This document shows, in pieces, positions 36,766-50,039 of a stretch of DNA of 64,000 bases. The first letter of the stretch is position 1. Every line of letters begins with the position of its first letter. The position numbers and the translations under genes are program-made. This DNA comes from Mobula hypostoma (lineage: Eukaryota): positions 72,356,001-72,420,000 of the forward strand of contig NC_086097.1 in the NCBI RefSeq assembly GCF_963921235.1, given 5' to 3'. The notes below the pieces were generated by a model. That model was given only the letters and a program-made list of their open reading frames with translations, was not told where the DNA came from and did no database searches.

Positions 36766-37112
36766 AACTTGAAACTGTTCACTCTCTCCACTTCTGATCC
36801 CTCTATGGGGATTGGTATGTGTTCCTTTGTTTTACCCTTCCTGAAGTCCACAATCAGCTCTTTTGTCTTACTGACATTGAGTGTCAGGTTGTTGCTGTGG
36901 CACCACTCCACTAGTTGGCATATCTCACTCCTGTACGCCCTCTCGTGACCACCTGATATTCTGCTGACAATGGTTGTATCATCAGCAAATTCGTACAGTA
37001 GATGGTATTTGAGCTATGCCTAGCTACATGGTCATGTGCATATAGAGCAAGGGGCTAAGCACACACCCCTGAGGTGTACCAGTGTTGATCGTCAGCGAGG
37101 AGGAGATATTAT

Positions 37113-38722
37113 AAGACCATAAGATAAGGAGCAGAAGTAGACCATTTGGCCCATCGAGTCTGCTCCGCCATTCAATCATAGGTTGATCCAATTCTTCCAG
37201 TCATCCCAACTCCCCTGCCTTCTCCCCATACCCTTTGATGCCCTGGCTAATCAAGAACCTATCTATCTCTGTCTTGAATGCACCCAACAAATTCCACAGA
37301 TTTACCGCCCTCTGATTAAAGAAATCTCTTCGCATCTCAGTTCTAAATTGACAACCTTCAATCCTGAAGTCATGCCCTCTTGTCCTAGAATCCTCGACCA
37401 TGGGAAATAACTTTGTCATATCTAATCTGGTTCAGGCCCTTTAACATTCGGAATGTTTCTATGAGGTTCCCCTTCATTCTTCTGAACTCCAGGGAATACA
37501 GTCCAAGAGCTGTCAGATGTTCCTTATATGGTAACCATTTCATTCCTGGAATCATTCTTGCGAATCCTCTCTGAACCCTCTCCAATGTCAGTATATCCTT
37601 TCTAAAATAAGAAGCCCAAAACTGCACACAATACTCCAAGTGTGGTCTCACAAGTGCCTTATAGAGCCTCAACACCACATCCCTGGTCTTATATTCTATA
37701 CCTCTAGAAATGAATGCCAACATTGCATTCTCCTTCTTCGCCACCGACTCAATCCTAAGGGTTAACTTTTAGGGTATCCTTCACAAGGACTCCCAAGGCC
37801 CTTTGCATCTCTGCATTTTGAATTCCCTCTCCGTCTAAGTAATAGTCTGCCTGTTTATTTCTTCCACCAAAGTGCATGACCAGACACTTTCCAATATTGT
37901 ACGCATTTCATTTGCCACTTCTTTGTCCATTCCCCTAAACTCTTAAGTCTCTCTGCCGGCTTTCTGTTTCCTCAACACTACCCGCTCCTTCACCTATCTT
38001 TGTACCATCGGCAAATTTAGCCACAAATCCATTAATACCGTAGTCCAAATCACTGACATACATCGTAAAAAGCAGTGGTCCCAACACTGACCCCTGTGGA
38101 ACTCCACTGGTAACCAGCAGCCAGCCAGAATAGGATCCCTTTATTCCCAATCTCTGTTTCCTGCCAATCAGTCGATGCTCCACCCATGCTAGTAACGTTC
38201 CTGTAATTCCATGGGCTCTTATCTTGCTAAGCAGCCTCCTGTACAGCACCTTGTTAAAGGCCTTCTGAAAATCCAAGTACACTGCATCCACTGCATCTCC
38301 TTTGTCTACCCTGCTTGTAATTTCCTCAAAAAATTGCAGTAGGTTAGTCAGGCAGGATTTTCCTTTCAGGAAACCATGCTGGCTTTGGCCTATCTTGTTA
38401 TGTGCCTCCAGGTACTCCGTAATTTCATTCCTAACTATCGATTCCAACAACTTTCCAACCACTGATGTCAGGCTAACAGGTCTATAGTTTCCTTTCTGCT
38501 GCCTCCCACCCTTCTTAAATAGCGGAGTAACATTTGCAATTTTCCAGTCATCCGGTACAATGCCAGAATCTTTCAGATCATTGTTAATGCCTCCGCAATC
38601 TCTCCAGCTACTTCCTTCAGAACCTGAGGTTGCATTCCATCAGAGCCAGGAGATTTATCCACCTTCAGACCACTAAGCTTCCTGAGCACCTTCTCAGTCA
38701 TAATTTTCATTGCGCATACTTC
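37113..38722 (-). mobile_element. CR1-type LINE, 5'-truncated
   Basis: AAGACCATAAGA tail at left. RT motifs YLDFQKAFNKV, SGVPQGSVLGP, KFADGTK and LYKALVRPHLEYC. Confidence 0.92.
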
Positions 38723-39641
38723 ACCTAGGTTATCACCAATCTGCACAGATTGTGGTCTTCCAGTTAGGAAGTCAAGGATCCAATTGCAGAAGGAGGTACA
38801 GAGGCCCAGGTTCTGTAACTTATCAATCAGGGTTGTGGGAAAGATGATGTTAAATGCTGAGCTATAGTTGATGGACAGTATCCTGACACAGGTGTTTTTA
38901 TTGTCCAGGTGGTCTAAGGCCGAGTGAAGAGCAACTAAGATTGCATCTGTTGTTGACCTATTGTGGCAATAGGCAAATTGCAGTGGGTCTAGATCCATGC
39001 TGAGGCAGGAGTTCAGTCTAGTCGCGACCAACCTCTCAAAGCATTTCATCACTGTAGATGTGAGTGCTACCGGGTGATAGTCATTAAGGCAGATCACATT
39101 ATTCTTCTTGGGCACAGGTATAAATGTTGCCTTTTTGCAGCGTGTGGGAACTTCCACCCGTAGCAATGAGAGGTTGAAAGTGTCCTTCAATACTTAGCCC
39201 TCCACAAATCATACCTGGTTTTCTGGTACAGACCTGGGTTCACCAGCCTTGAATGCCACAGATCTTGCCTTCAGCAGATGATATATCTCCTGGTTCATCC
39301 ACGGCTTTTGGGTTGGGAATTTACAGCAAGTCTTTGTAGGTGCACACTCATCCTCGCAGGTTTTAATGAAGTTGCAACATACTCGTCCAAGATTCTAAGA
39401 TGAATCCCTGAATACGATCCAGACCTCCGATTCAAAGCAGTCCTGAAAGCGCTCCTGTGCTGCCCTTGTTGTGTTCCAGTGATAGAGAGTGACTAAGCTC
39501 AAAGTTCAAAATACCTTTATTATCAACGTATGCATACTATATCCAACTTGAGATTTGACCTCTTACAGTCAACCACATTGTAAAATATAAGAACAAATCA
39601 TGCAAACAATAAAAAAGTAAGCAAATAAGATTCAGAACTAA

Positions 39642-40679
39642 GGCTACGTCCACACTACGCCAGATAATTTTGAAAATGCTGGTTTCGAGGCGTCCACACT
39701 AAGCGTTTTTCAAAATATCTCTGTCCACATTAGACGGATATTTGGGCGAATCTCCTCTACTGGGCATGCGCAGGACACACAGAAAACAAGCGAAGAGGAA
39801 ATGGTATACTTGGTGCGCCGTTTGTCCAGTTACAGAGTAGAAAAACTTGAAAGGAATTGCTCTTGGCTCTCGCACAGGAGGACTTAAAACTAAAAAAAAC
39901 GAATACTGGAGCGTATGGAGGCAACCAACAGGGAGTTCACGGACAGTATGACCCAACCGATGACGAACATTGAAAAACTGACTAACTCTGTTGCATTAGT
40001 AAAGCACCTTGTTAAATGTATAAAATATGTCTGCATCAGTGTTATCTTGTATTTCCATACAATGTTACATTAGACTGTTAGACATCTATTGTCAGAGAAG
40101 TACTTGCATAAATAGGTAAACCACCGTCATACAAGCAAGGACAGAAAACAGGGCAAAGTGAGTATACTTATTTATTCAGTAAGCTATGGGTCAAAGTATT
40201 TGGTGAGTACATTTCTAACTTTTCTGGCAGTCTCGTTGCCGTCTGTTCTGAAATTGTTAGGTTATGTGGGGAGTTGCATTCAAGAAAACAATGAAATGCC
40301 GTGCTGCGGCCATCTGTTCCGGCACGTCATGACAGCGTTTTTAAATAGTCAAAAAATCTCACTTTACAATTTAACTCTCACGCCGTTCACACCAACTGCG
40401 CGTTATAACAGCGGTACGGCAGTGCTTGCGCAGTACCAAGCAGAAGCAGGAAAAACATTATTGTTGTGGTGTTGTCATGACAACATTTTAAAATCTCTCC
40501 GTTTACCCTGTACACACTACAACGGATATTAGGCGTTTTCAGATTTATTCACTCTGGAGACCGGTTCTGAAAATCTCTGTTTTCGGTGGATGAAAACGCC
40601 GCTTTAGTGTGGATGGAGGGTCAAAACGAAGAGAAAAAGCTTCGTTTTCAAAATTATCCGGCGTAGTGTGGACGTAGCC
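39642..40679. mobile_element. Non-autonomous PIF/Harbinger-type DNA transposon (1038 bp)
   Basis: 35-bp TIRs GGCTACGTCCACACTACGCC(A/G)GATAATTTTGAAAA with one mismatch, TAA/TGA trinucleotide flanks, subterminal GTCCACA repeats and no transposase ORF. Confidence 0.85.
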
Positions 40680-42999
40680 TGAAGTTCACAAAAGTAAGAT
40701 AACTGCCACAAAGCCATTCACAGCCAATCTAGGAACCCATTAGTTGCAGCTGCAGCCGCAGCCACAGTTCAATGCAGAGAGAAGTAAACCTCACCGAGCA
40801 TTGAGACGAACACAGGCCCATCACTCACCTCTGGCCCTAATACCCTAACATTTCCAGTCTGGCCCGGTGCTTAAGTGAGTCAAACATCAGCTAATTCCTT
40901 GGTCTTGGACTTAGGCCCTGCCACCTCAACACTGCCTCACCTCAGAGCTGCTGCTTTGAATCGGATCAGATCCAAATCCGCTCCAGCAAACATTGGCCAG
41001 ACATTGGCTCTTCCCTCGCTCTTGTGCCTGGGCCCTGCTGCCTTGATTTGGCCTTTGCACACCATCCTGCACCTGTGAGACTTCAGTTCACAGCTCAAAA
41101 AAGCCAGTTCGCACAGAGTGTTCAAAAGCTCAACTCCAAAAGGGAAGTTAAACACTATTGATTGCAGTGATCATTTTCCAGAAAAAGTGTGATTAATAAA
41201 GTAATTAGTAGTTTTGTTTGCTACCAGTATGTTGTTGCTGTGTTTCACCAGCATCATCCTAAACCAGAAGAAGCACTTGGTGCAAGTAGACTCATAAACT
41301 CCACATTCCACAATATTTTGGCAGCTGACCAATAGCAACTCAGCAGTCAGAACAGGAATCCTAGTGGTCTCACCTCGCTCTGCTGAACACACATGGAAAG
41401 GCATATAGGAAGAGAAAAAACATAACAAGAATGTTAAAAGCACTCAGCAAATCAAACAACATAATCAGGGAGAGAAACCGCATTGGTGTTTTGGGTCAAG
41501 GATATTTCAACAAAACTGGAAAAAGAGACACATAATATCTTGGAGTGCAGAGGAGACAATGTTGAGAGAACAGAGCAACGTCTGATGGAATGCAGGCTTT
41601 GGTAACATTGATATACATGCCATCAAGGGCTTTCCTTCTATTCTCCCCACCTTCCACTGAAACGCATGTAAAATGCACTTGTCTTGTTGTTATCCCAGTA
41701 AATACATTTTGAGCCTATTGAAAGGTGCATCTTAAGTGTATCTCCTCCATATTTGAATGACTGGTTAATTAACATCTGGCAATCATCTGGCTTTCACTTG
41801 ATGTGCTCTGGACCTTTATGGCTGAGTTTGCTGTCCACATTCAAGTCATCAAATTAATTCTAAGTTATTGCCAGGTAAACTTGTATTGAAATGTGAGAAA
41901 TTGGGAAGGATGAACTGCAGAGTGAAAGCATTGTGGTATCTGCCTTGGAACCTGGTCCACATTTGGTGGTTGTAGAACAGATGTGTATTAATGTGGTAGA
42001 AGCCTTTGCAGTTAATGGAACTTTCTGGATGATCTGAATAATTTAATTACCATTTACAAGCTATTGATGATGCTCTGTACGTGTGGGAAACCAAATCAGA
42101 ATTGCAAAAACCTGACCACCTGCTTGTTCTAACTGACATCATTAAGTGATTTGTTGACATGTTGCTAGCCAACCAGCCTCCTCAGTTTGAGCTCAGCAAG
42201 AAATATTCTGCTGCAAACGTCACAGGTTAACCCAAATATGGACAAGTGTGACTTCCTTCACTGTTTGTCTGAAAATCAATAGCACTGTAAAATTAAGTGA
42301 ATAGGAGTGAACATCTCATTAACTGGAGTCATACCCATATCTGAGGAGGGTTATGATTGGCAAAGGATAATCGTATTTCTGTGGTATTCCATGGGAGAGC
42401 GTTGTAGGCGCAACCATTTTCATATCTGTTAACCTTCCCAAAGTAAATGCTCTTGCAGGTGATGAGGCCAATTGTGCTGCAATTCACAGAACATATTTGG
42501 GATTGGGCTTACAAATAGATCATGCAAGTGCTAAGCAGAAAAAATCTCCATCAAGGAAGAATACAACTTCTATGACTTCTCAATATCAGTATTCAATTGT
42601 AATAGTAGTAAATCCCATGCTATTAACATCTTGGGAAAACTGGACTGGATTAGGCACATATGGCAGTAAATTAGAAGTTTGTATTCTAGGATAAGTGACT
42701 CATCTGACTCCCCTGAGAACTTCTACCATTAACAAGGCACTTCACAAATGTGATAGGATTATTTATACTCCACTTGGTTAAGTAAGTGTAGCCTCAATAT
42801 GAAGGGTAAAGCAGTCCACTTGATCGGCACACTATCCGTCAGCCTTAAATATATCACACAGTGCACGAAAGCTGCAGTTCACATCTACAAAGTCCACTGC
42901 ACCAACTCCTCTTTGCTTCTTTGTCAGTACGTCCCAAACCTGGAATCTTCTTAACTTGGAGAGAAAGAAACAGTTAAGGGAGAGATTTGCTGATGTTCC

Positions 43000-45005
43000 A
43001 GAGAGTGTCTGTCAGGAAGGTAAAAGTATTAATAATATTAGTGCACATAAATGTACAGGGCTTGACAGGATTTATCACAGAATTCTAAGGTAAGCAATGA
43101 ACGCGACTGATAGGGGGCTGGAAATTTTTGCTTCTTTGTTAGCCAGGGGTGAGGTGGTAGAAGACTAAAGGTTAGTTAATGTTGTCCCCTTGTTCAAAAA
43201 CTACAATAGGGATAAGTTTGGAAACTACACGCAGTGAGCCCCATATCACAGAAGCTGATGAATCTGAGGGTGAGGATTTATGTTCGCATAGAAAGGTAGG
43301 AGTCAGCATGGTTTTGGATAGGGAGAGTATTCCTCATTAATCTGATTTTGTTTTTTGAGAAGGCAACTAAGAAAATTGATGAAGGCAGAGCCGAAGCCAT
43401 GTTTTTACATGGCCTTTGTTGTGGCTTGTGACAAGGTCCCAACTGATACAGTGGTACAGAAGATTAAAGCACAGGGATCCGACTAAATCCATAAGACCAT
43501 AGGAGTAGAGTTAGGCTATTTGGCCTATCAAGTCTGCTTTACCATCCCATCATGACTGTTTATTATCCCTCTCAGCCCCATTCTCCCGCCTTCTCATCAT
43601 AGTCTTTGATGCCCTAATAATCTAGAGCCTATTAACCTCTGCTTTAAATATACCCAATGACTTGGCCTCCACAGTCATCCGTGGCAATGAATTCCACAGA
43701 TTCACCACCCGCTATTCTCAGGCTGTCCCCTCTTGTCCTAGACTCCCCCACTACAGGATACACCCTCATCACACACACTCTATCTAGGCCTTTCAATATT
43801 TGATTGGATTCTGTGAAATCCCCATCATTCTTCTGAACTCCAGTGAGTCAGGCCCAGAGCTATCAAATGCTCCTCATGCATTAACCTTTTCATTCCCAGA
43901 ATAATAGTCATGAACCTCCTCTGGACCCTCTCCAATGCCAGCATATCTTTTCTTAGATAAGGGGCCCACAACTGCTCACAATACTCTAAGGGCATTCTGA
44001 CCTGTTGTCTTATAAAGCCTCACCATTACAAACTAGCTTAGTAATAAGAATCAAAGGGTAGTGTTGGATTGACGTTTTTTTGACTGGAAGGCTGTAGAAA
44101 GTGGTGCTGGGACCTTTGTAAAATATGTAAATGACTTGGATGAGAGTGCAAGTGGTATGATTAGGAAGTAGGCAGACAACTTGGTGCCTACAAATTGGTG
44201 AATTTGTAAATAGTGAAGCAAATTTTCTAAGGGTACTGCAGAACATGAATCAGCTGGAAATTCGTGTGAAGCAGTACCAGATGAAACTTAATCCAAACAA
44301 ATTGGGTAAAGGGGAGTGTAATGTACTTTAAGAAGTCAGATTCCTTTAGGACATATGGAGTAATGGCAGGGACCTTAGGAGTCATTGACATATAAAGAGA
44401 ACTTGGGGTGCAAGTTTATAGCTTGCTGAAAGTGGCACACAGTTGGATAAGGTAGCAAAGACAGTATTGAGTATAAGAGTTAAGAGATTGTGTTGCAGCT
44501 TACAAAGTATAGGTTAGAACTGATTTGGAGTATTGTGGCCAGAGCTGTACATTGCAGGAAGGATGTGGTAGCAAAAGAGACAGTGAGAAGAGATGAAACA
44601 GGATATTGCTTGAAATAGATAGTTGATGTTATAAGGAGAGATTGGATAGCCTAGCTGTATTCTTGCTGGAATGTAAGAGAGTGAGGTGTGATCTCATAGA
44701 GGGGCATAGATAGGATAGATTGGGAATGGATTCTAACAGGGCAGGGGTATCTAGCATTAGAAAGAATAGGTTTAAGTTGATAGGGAAATTCAGAGGAATA
44801 CTTTAAATTTAAATCAGGTTGGTATTTATCTGGAACAAGCTGGGGGTGGTAGAGGCAGATACAGTTATAACATTTGGAAGTCATTGGACGGGTGCTTCAA
44901 TGGAATGTGGGATTAATGCCTGCGACTACTGTGAAGAGGTATCATTATCAGCATAAATAAGGTGTGTTGAAAGGTCCTGTTTCTGTGCTGCAAATTTCTA
45001 TGATT
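43000..45005 (+). mobile_element. Old CR1-type LINE with a nested minus-strand CR1 3' end (~43490-44025)
   Basis: RT remnants (NVVPLFK, SQHGF, DKVP) and a 3' end CCTGTTTCTGTGCTG. The nested piece starts with the CATAAGACCATAGGAG tail. Confidence 0.75.
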
Positions 45006-46643
45006 CTGGAAGGTAAGAAAAGTAGCCTTTCATTCCCCCATACACAACAAGCCATTCCCAGGTAACAAATGGGTTTTTTTTTTGCAGACATCCAGAAGTC
45101 ACTTTTGTCCAATAGTCAGATAATACACAGACACTGATATGCAACCATGCCTCCAGAGTATTGCGTGTAAAAAAAAAACACGTAAACCTGATTCTAAAAG
45201 CAGCTGCTAGTTCAGCTGTTGATAGGAATGGATGTATCTACATACATTGAACTATTGAATTTACTGGGAGCTCTCTTGTACATGCAGGTGTCCATAAATT
45301 AGGTTTTCATAACCATGACAATGGTTTATATTAAGTTTATAATTCCCAGCTCTCAGTCTACGTTCCTTTCGAGTTACAATTTTATAGGTGCTCATCTGGG
45401 TATTTTGCTTTGAATGTGACAAGTGTTTATACTGTATATCTGTCAAATTTTCAGGCAGAGTTCCAGACCTTCATTATTTTTGGAGTGAAAATATTCTTCC
45501 TTGTGTCTCTCCAACCTCATTCTTTCTCCTTTCTTACTGCTTTGTCTACAAACTAACTATATCCTCCTGCTATTTGAGAAATAAAGAAGGAAAACAGTCC
45601 CTTTGGTTAACTTATTCATGCTGAGCTGCCTGTGTGTGTGTTGGTGGAAGTGGGCCTTGCCTGCTCATCTGATCTGAGCCTCGAGTGATTTGATTTATCT
45701 CTCTGCCTCATCACCTTTTTGCTCCAAAAACATGCCTTATGCAGCCCAATATATCTTCAAAATTGAAATCTTCCAGCCCTGGCAAAATGTTCATGACTAT
45801 CCAGTACTATCAGATTCTTCTATGATCTGAAAACTGTGAACAGTTCTATAGCTGCAGCATTAACTCTGTTTTATATAATTCATGTTTGACCGCAATGCTT
45901 TAATATTCTGATATCATTCAATAAAGTTTTCCAAATCATTTCTTGCCTCATTTATGCAGGCCTAGCTGTCTGAAAAGATTTGTGACAATTGCTCCTGGTT
46001 CATTCTGTTTTCTTCACTTCACAGTATCCTGTTACTTATTGTGTGTTCCATTATCTTGTTTGCCCAAGCCAAATAAATTAACTTCACATTCTGGTTTTAA
46101 TTCTACTTTCAAATCATCAATCCTGCTGACCAGCTCATTCATATCTTTCCACTAGCTGCAACAATCTTTCTACTCAGCAATTATATGGGTAGTTTCTTAA
46201 TCATGGCTCCTGTACTAAATTCAAATCATTGATAAGTACCAAAGAGAGTACTGAGCTCCTGCAGAACTCCAGACACTAAAACTTCAGTCAATCAAAATCC
46301 TTTTCTCTCTGGGCCAATTTTAGATCAAACTTACCACTTTTGTTTGGTCCTTATATATTTCTGATTTGTTTGCCACTTGGGACCTTTCTAAATTCCAAGG
46401 GAACTGCATCAAATTTGTTGCCTTCATTGATCAGACCTTTTGCCTCCTGGAAAATATATTTAATCAAGTTATCAGACCATGGTATTCTGCTACCAAAGGC
46501 CTCTGTAAAGATTCATGTTGTTCATTTGAATGTTTTCCAATAAATTGGAATAACCAGATTCTGAAATTCATTGGCATTCCATCAAGATATTGGAACTTCC
46601 ATTCTGATGACACCATAGCTGTGATTTTATTTCAAGGATTGAT

Positions 46644-47531
46644 ATAGAAACATAGAAAACCTACAGCATAATACAGGCCGTTCAGCCCACAAAGCTGTGC
46701 CGAACATATCCTTGCCTTAGAAGTGACCTAAAGTTACCCATAGCCCTCTATTTTTCTAAGCTCCATTTACCCATCCAGGAGTCTCTTAAAAGACCCGATT
46801 GTATCTGCCCCCACCACCGTTGCCAGCAGCCCATTCCACGCACTCAGCACTCTCTGCGTAAAAAAAAAACAACAACTTAGCCCTGACATCTCCTCTGTAC
46901 CTACATCCAAGCACCTTAAAACTGTACCCTCTCTTGCTTGCCATTTGAGCCCTGGGGAAAAAACCTCTGACTATCCACACGGTTAATGCCTCTCATCATC
47001 TTATACACCTCTATCAGGTCACCTCTCAACCTCCATCGCTCCAAGGAGAAAAGACCAAGTTCACTCAACCTATTCTCATAAGGCATGCTCCCCAATCCAG
47101 GCAATATCCTTGTAAGTCTCTTCTGCACCCTTTCTATGGTTTCCACACCCTTCCTGTAGTGAGGCGACCAGAACTGAGCACTGTACTCCAAGTGGGGTCT
47201 GACCAGGGTCCAACATTACCTCTCGGCTCTTACATATGCCTTCTTAACCACAGAGTCAATCTGCACTTCAGCTTTGAGTGTCCTATGGACTCAGACCTCA
47301 AGATCCCTCTGATCCTCCACACTGCCAAGAGTCTTACCATTCATACTATATTCTGCCATCATATTTGACCTACCAAAATGAACCACCTCACACTTACCTG
47401 GGTTGAACTCCATCTGCCACTTCTCAGCCCAGTTTTGCATCCTATCAATGACCCGCTGTAGCCTCTGACAGCCCTCCACACTATCCACAACACCCCCAAC
47501 CTTTGTGTCATCAGCAAATTTACTAACCCAG
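46644..47531 (-). mobile_element. CR1-type LINE 3' fragment
   Basis: ATAGAAACATAGAAA tail. SKFADDTKVGG...KWQMEFNPGKCEVVHFG and EYSAQFWSPHYRK. Confidence 0.9.
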
Positions 47532-48006
47532 TTCAAGGTAGTTGACAACAGCTTCTCAATGGCAATTTGAGATGGGTAATAAATTCTGGACTTGCCAGCT
47601 GCATACACATTCTGTGTATAGCTCTTTATTTTTAAAAAAAAATCACAAGGTTTTGCCTGGTCGCACCTTGGTGGTAAATTGTAACAATCGAGAAACGGTT
47701 TTGATTGTTGGAAGGATTCAGGAGCAAAGAATTGGAAGACCGTTGCAAATTTTACAGTTATTGTTGAAATGTGGACACTAAGTCTACTTGGCAGTAGGCC
47801 TTTCTCTAGTGGGTTGCAAATGTCTGTGAAAGTGCTGCTTTGAGTCTCCTCAGGTAGGGGTTCTCCAACATTTCAAGGGTGATTGTTTTGTTTTCATTCG
47901 TGTAAAATGCTGCAGTTTTTGTAAAAAAAAGAGAAATTTTTATTGTTGCTATAGTTTCTCTACTTGATGTTTTTCTTTACCCTGAGATCCAAGGCAAGTA
48001 ATACAT

Positions 48007-48182
48007 TAACACGAGGAAATCTGCAGATGCTGGAATTTCAAGCAACACACATAAAAGTTGCTGGTGAACACAGCAGGCCAGGCAGCAGGAAGAGGTACAG
48101 TCGACATTTCGGGCCGAAACGTCGACTGTACCTCTTCCTGCTGCCTGGCCTGCTGCGTTCACCAGTAATTTTCATGTGTGTT
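48007..48182 (-). mobile_element. 176-bp palindromic PLE-terminus insertion
   Basis: Two inverted arms meet at GTCGACATTTCGGGCCGAAACGTCGAC, inside hammerhead stem II. 13-bp TSD GCAAGTAATACAT at 47994-48006 and 48183-48195. Only the left arm has the ~30-nt tail. Confidence 0.92.
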
Positions 48183-48769
48183 GCAAGTAATACATCGTTG
48201 TTCTACTGGCCCAAGGCTGGAAAAATGAATGAAAAACATAATTCTGCAATGTTGTCAGCTGCTTCCAAAGTTATCAGAGTAAAATCTCAGCACAATTATG
48301 GTGATTAAAACCTTCTGGACAAAAAGACAAGAAAGCAGCTGTGATGATTCACTTGTGACATAGTTTCCTGTGGTCTCTGCTTTAATTGAGTGGCAAATTC
48401 CCAACCCCAGGAAACACATGAACACATAATAATTTTGGAACAGCTATTTAAGAAAACAACCTTAATTGAGCAATTAACATATCGATATTGGTGACAGTGG
48501 TGACAGGTATTTCCCTAAAGGTCTAATGAAGTCGAAACTTAGATAAATACTAAGTCAGTGGGCTGCATTGGCTTCCCAACTAGATGATCAATTTCCCAGG
48601 GTTTAACCCTGCAGCTATTTTGAAATTCACTTGCTCTTGGACATTGCACATCCATTTAAAGTATTTATGTAGGAGGTCTGCAGTTACTTTTTTTCATTTG
48701 CAATGTGACACTCTTTGACAAGGCAACACACAAAATGCTGGAGAAACACAGTGGATCATGCAGCATAAA

Positions 48770-50020
48770 TGGAGTGAAGTGTGAGGTGTTGCACTTTGGG
48801 CAGTCAAATGAGAAGAGAAAGTGTACAGTTAGTGTTAGTTCCCTTAATACCATCGAGGTACAGAGGGAACTTGGGATCCAGGTCTATAGATCACTGAAGT
48901 GACTACACATATCGACAGTGTGGTAAGAAAGGCTTGCCGTCATTGGTGGTATAATTGTAAGGAAGTCATGCTGCAACCATATATAACTTAAGTCAGACCA
49001 CACTTGGGATTATTGTGTGCAGTTTTGGTTGCCCTATTATAGGAAGGATTGTGGAGAGGGTGCAGAAGAGGTTTACCAGGATGTTTAGAAGGCATGAGCT
49101 ATCAGAAGAGATTGGCTAAACTTGGGTTCTCTCCGGAGCATTGGAAACTGAAGGAGGTTTTTAAAATTATGAGATGCATCGATAGGGTAGACAATCAGAA
49201 TCTTTTTCCCAGAGTATAAAGGTGAAACACCAGAGGATATGCTTTTAAGATAAGAGGGGATGGGACGTTAGTCATAGTCATACTTCATTAATCCCTGGGG
49301 AAATTGCTTTTCGTTACAGTTGCTCCGTACATAATAAATAGTAATAGAACCATAAATAGTTAAATAGTAATATGTAAATTATGCCAGTAAATTATGAAAT
49401 AAGTCCTGGACCAGCCTATTGGCTCAGGATGTCTGACCCTCCAAGGGAGGAGTTGTGAAGTTTGATGGCCACAGGCAGGAATGACTTCCTATGATGCTCA
49501 GTGCTGCATCTCGGTGGAATGAGTCTCTGGCTGAATGTACTCCTGTGCCCACCCAGTACATTATGTAGTGGGTGGGAGACATTGACCAAGATGGCATGCA
49601 ACTTAGACAGCATCCTTTTTTCAGACACCACCGTGAGAGAGTCCAGTTCCAACCCCATAATATCACTGACCTTACGAATGAGATTGTTCATTCTGTTGGT
49701 GTCTGCCACCCTCAGCCTGCTGCCCCAGCACACAACAGCAAACATGATAGCACTGGCCACCACAGACTCGTAGAACATCCTCAGCAAGTTCAAAGGAGCA
49801 TAAAGGGCAAATGTGTTTTCTAAGCAAAGAGAGGTAGGTGCCAGGGTGTTAGTGGAATCAGATAGTTTGGTGGAGTTTAAGAGGCTTTTAGATAGAGACA
49901 TGAAAATGAAAGGAATGGAGGAATGTGAATGACACAAGAAGAAGACGTGGTATAAATTGGCCTTAAGATTTTCACAACATCATGAGCTGAATGGCCTACC
50001 CCATGCTATACCATTCTGTG
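48770..50020 (+). mobile_element. CR1-type LINE 3' fragment interrupted by a Rex1/Babar piece
   Basis: KCEVLHFG...RPHL.YCVQFW.PYYRK remnants. The element resumes at ~49786 and ends near TTCTGTGTTCTA. Confidence 0.75.
49270..49785 (-). mobile_element. Rex1/Babar-type LINE 3' end
   Basis: AGTCATAGTCATA tail. RMFYESVVASAIMFAVVCWGS...SHPLH...RKSFLPVAIKLHN. Confidence 0.85.
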
Positions 50021-50039
50021 TTCTAAATGGACAGTCAAG

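Larger units (their letters stand above)
35161..39470 (-). mobile_element. Rex1/Babar-type LINE interrupted by CR1 insertions
   Basis: (GATTCT)n tail at 35161. RT pieces IPVPKK...[19 protein letters not shown]...LDPLQFAY and WCHSNNLTLNVSKTKELIVDFRK. Host segments are 35161-35808, 36766-37112 and ~38727-39470. Confidence 0.88.
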
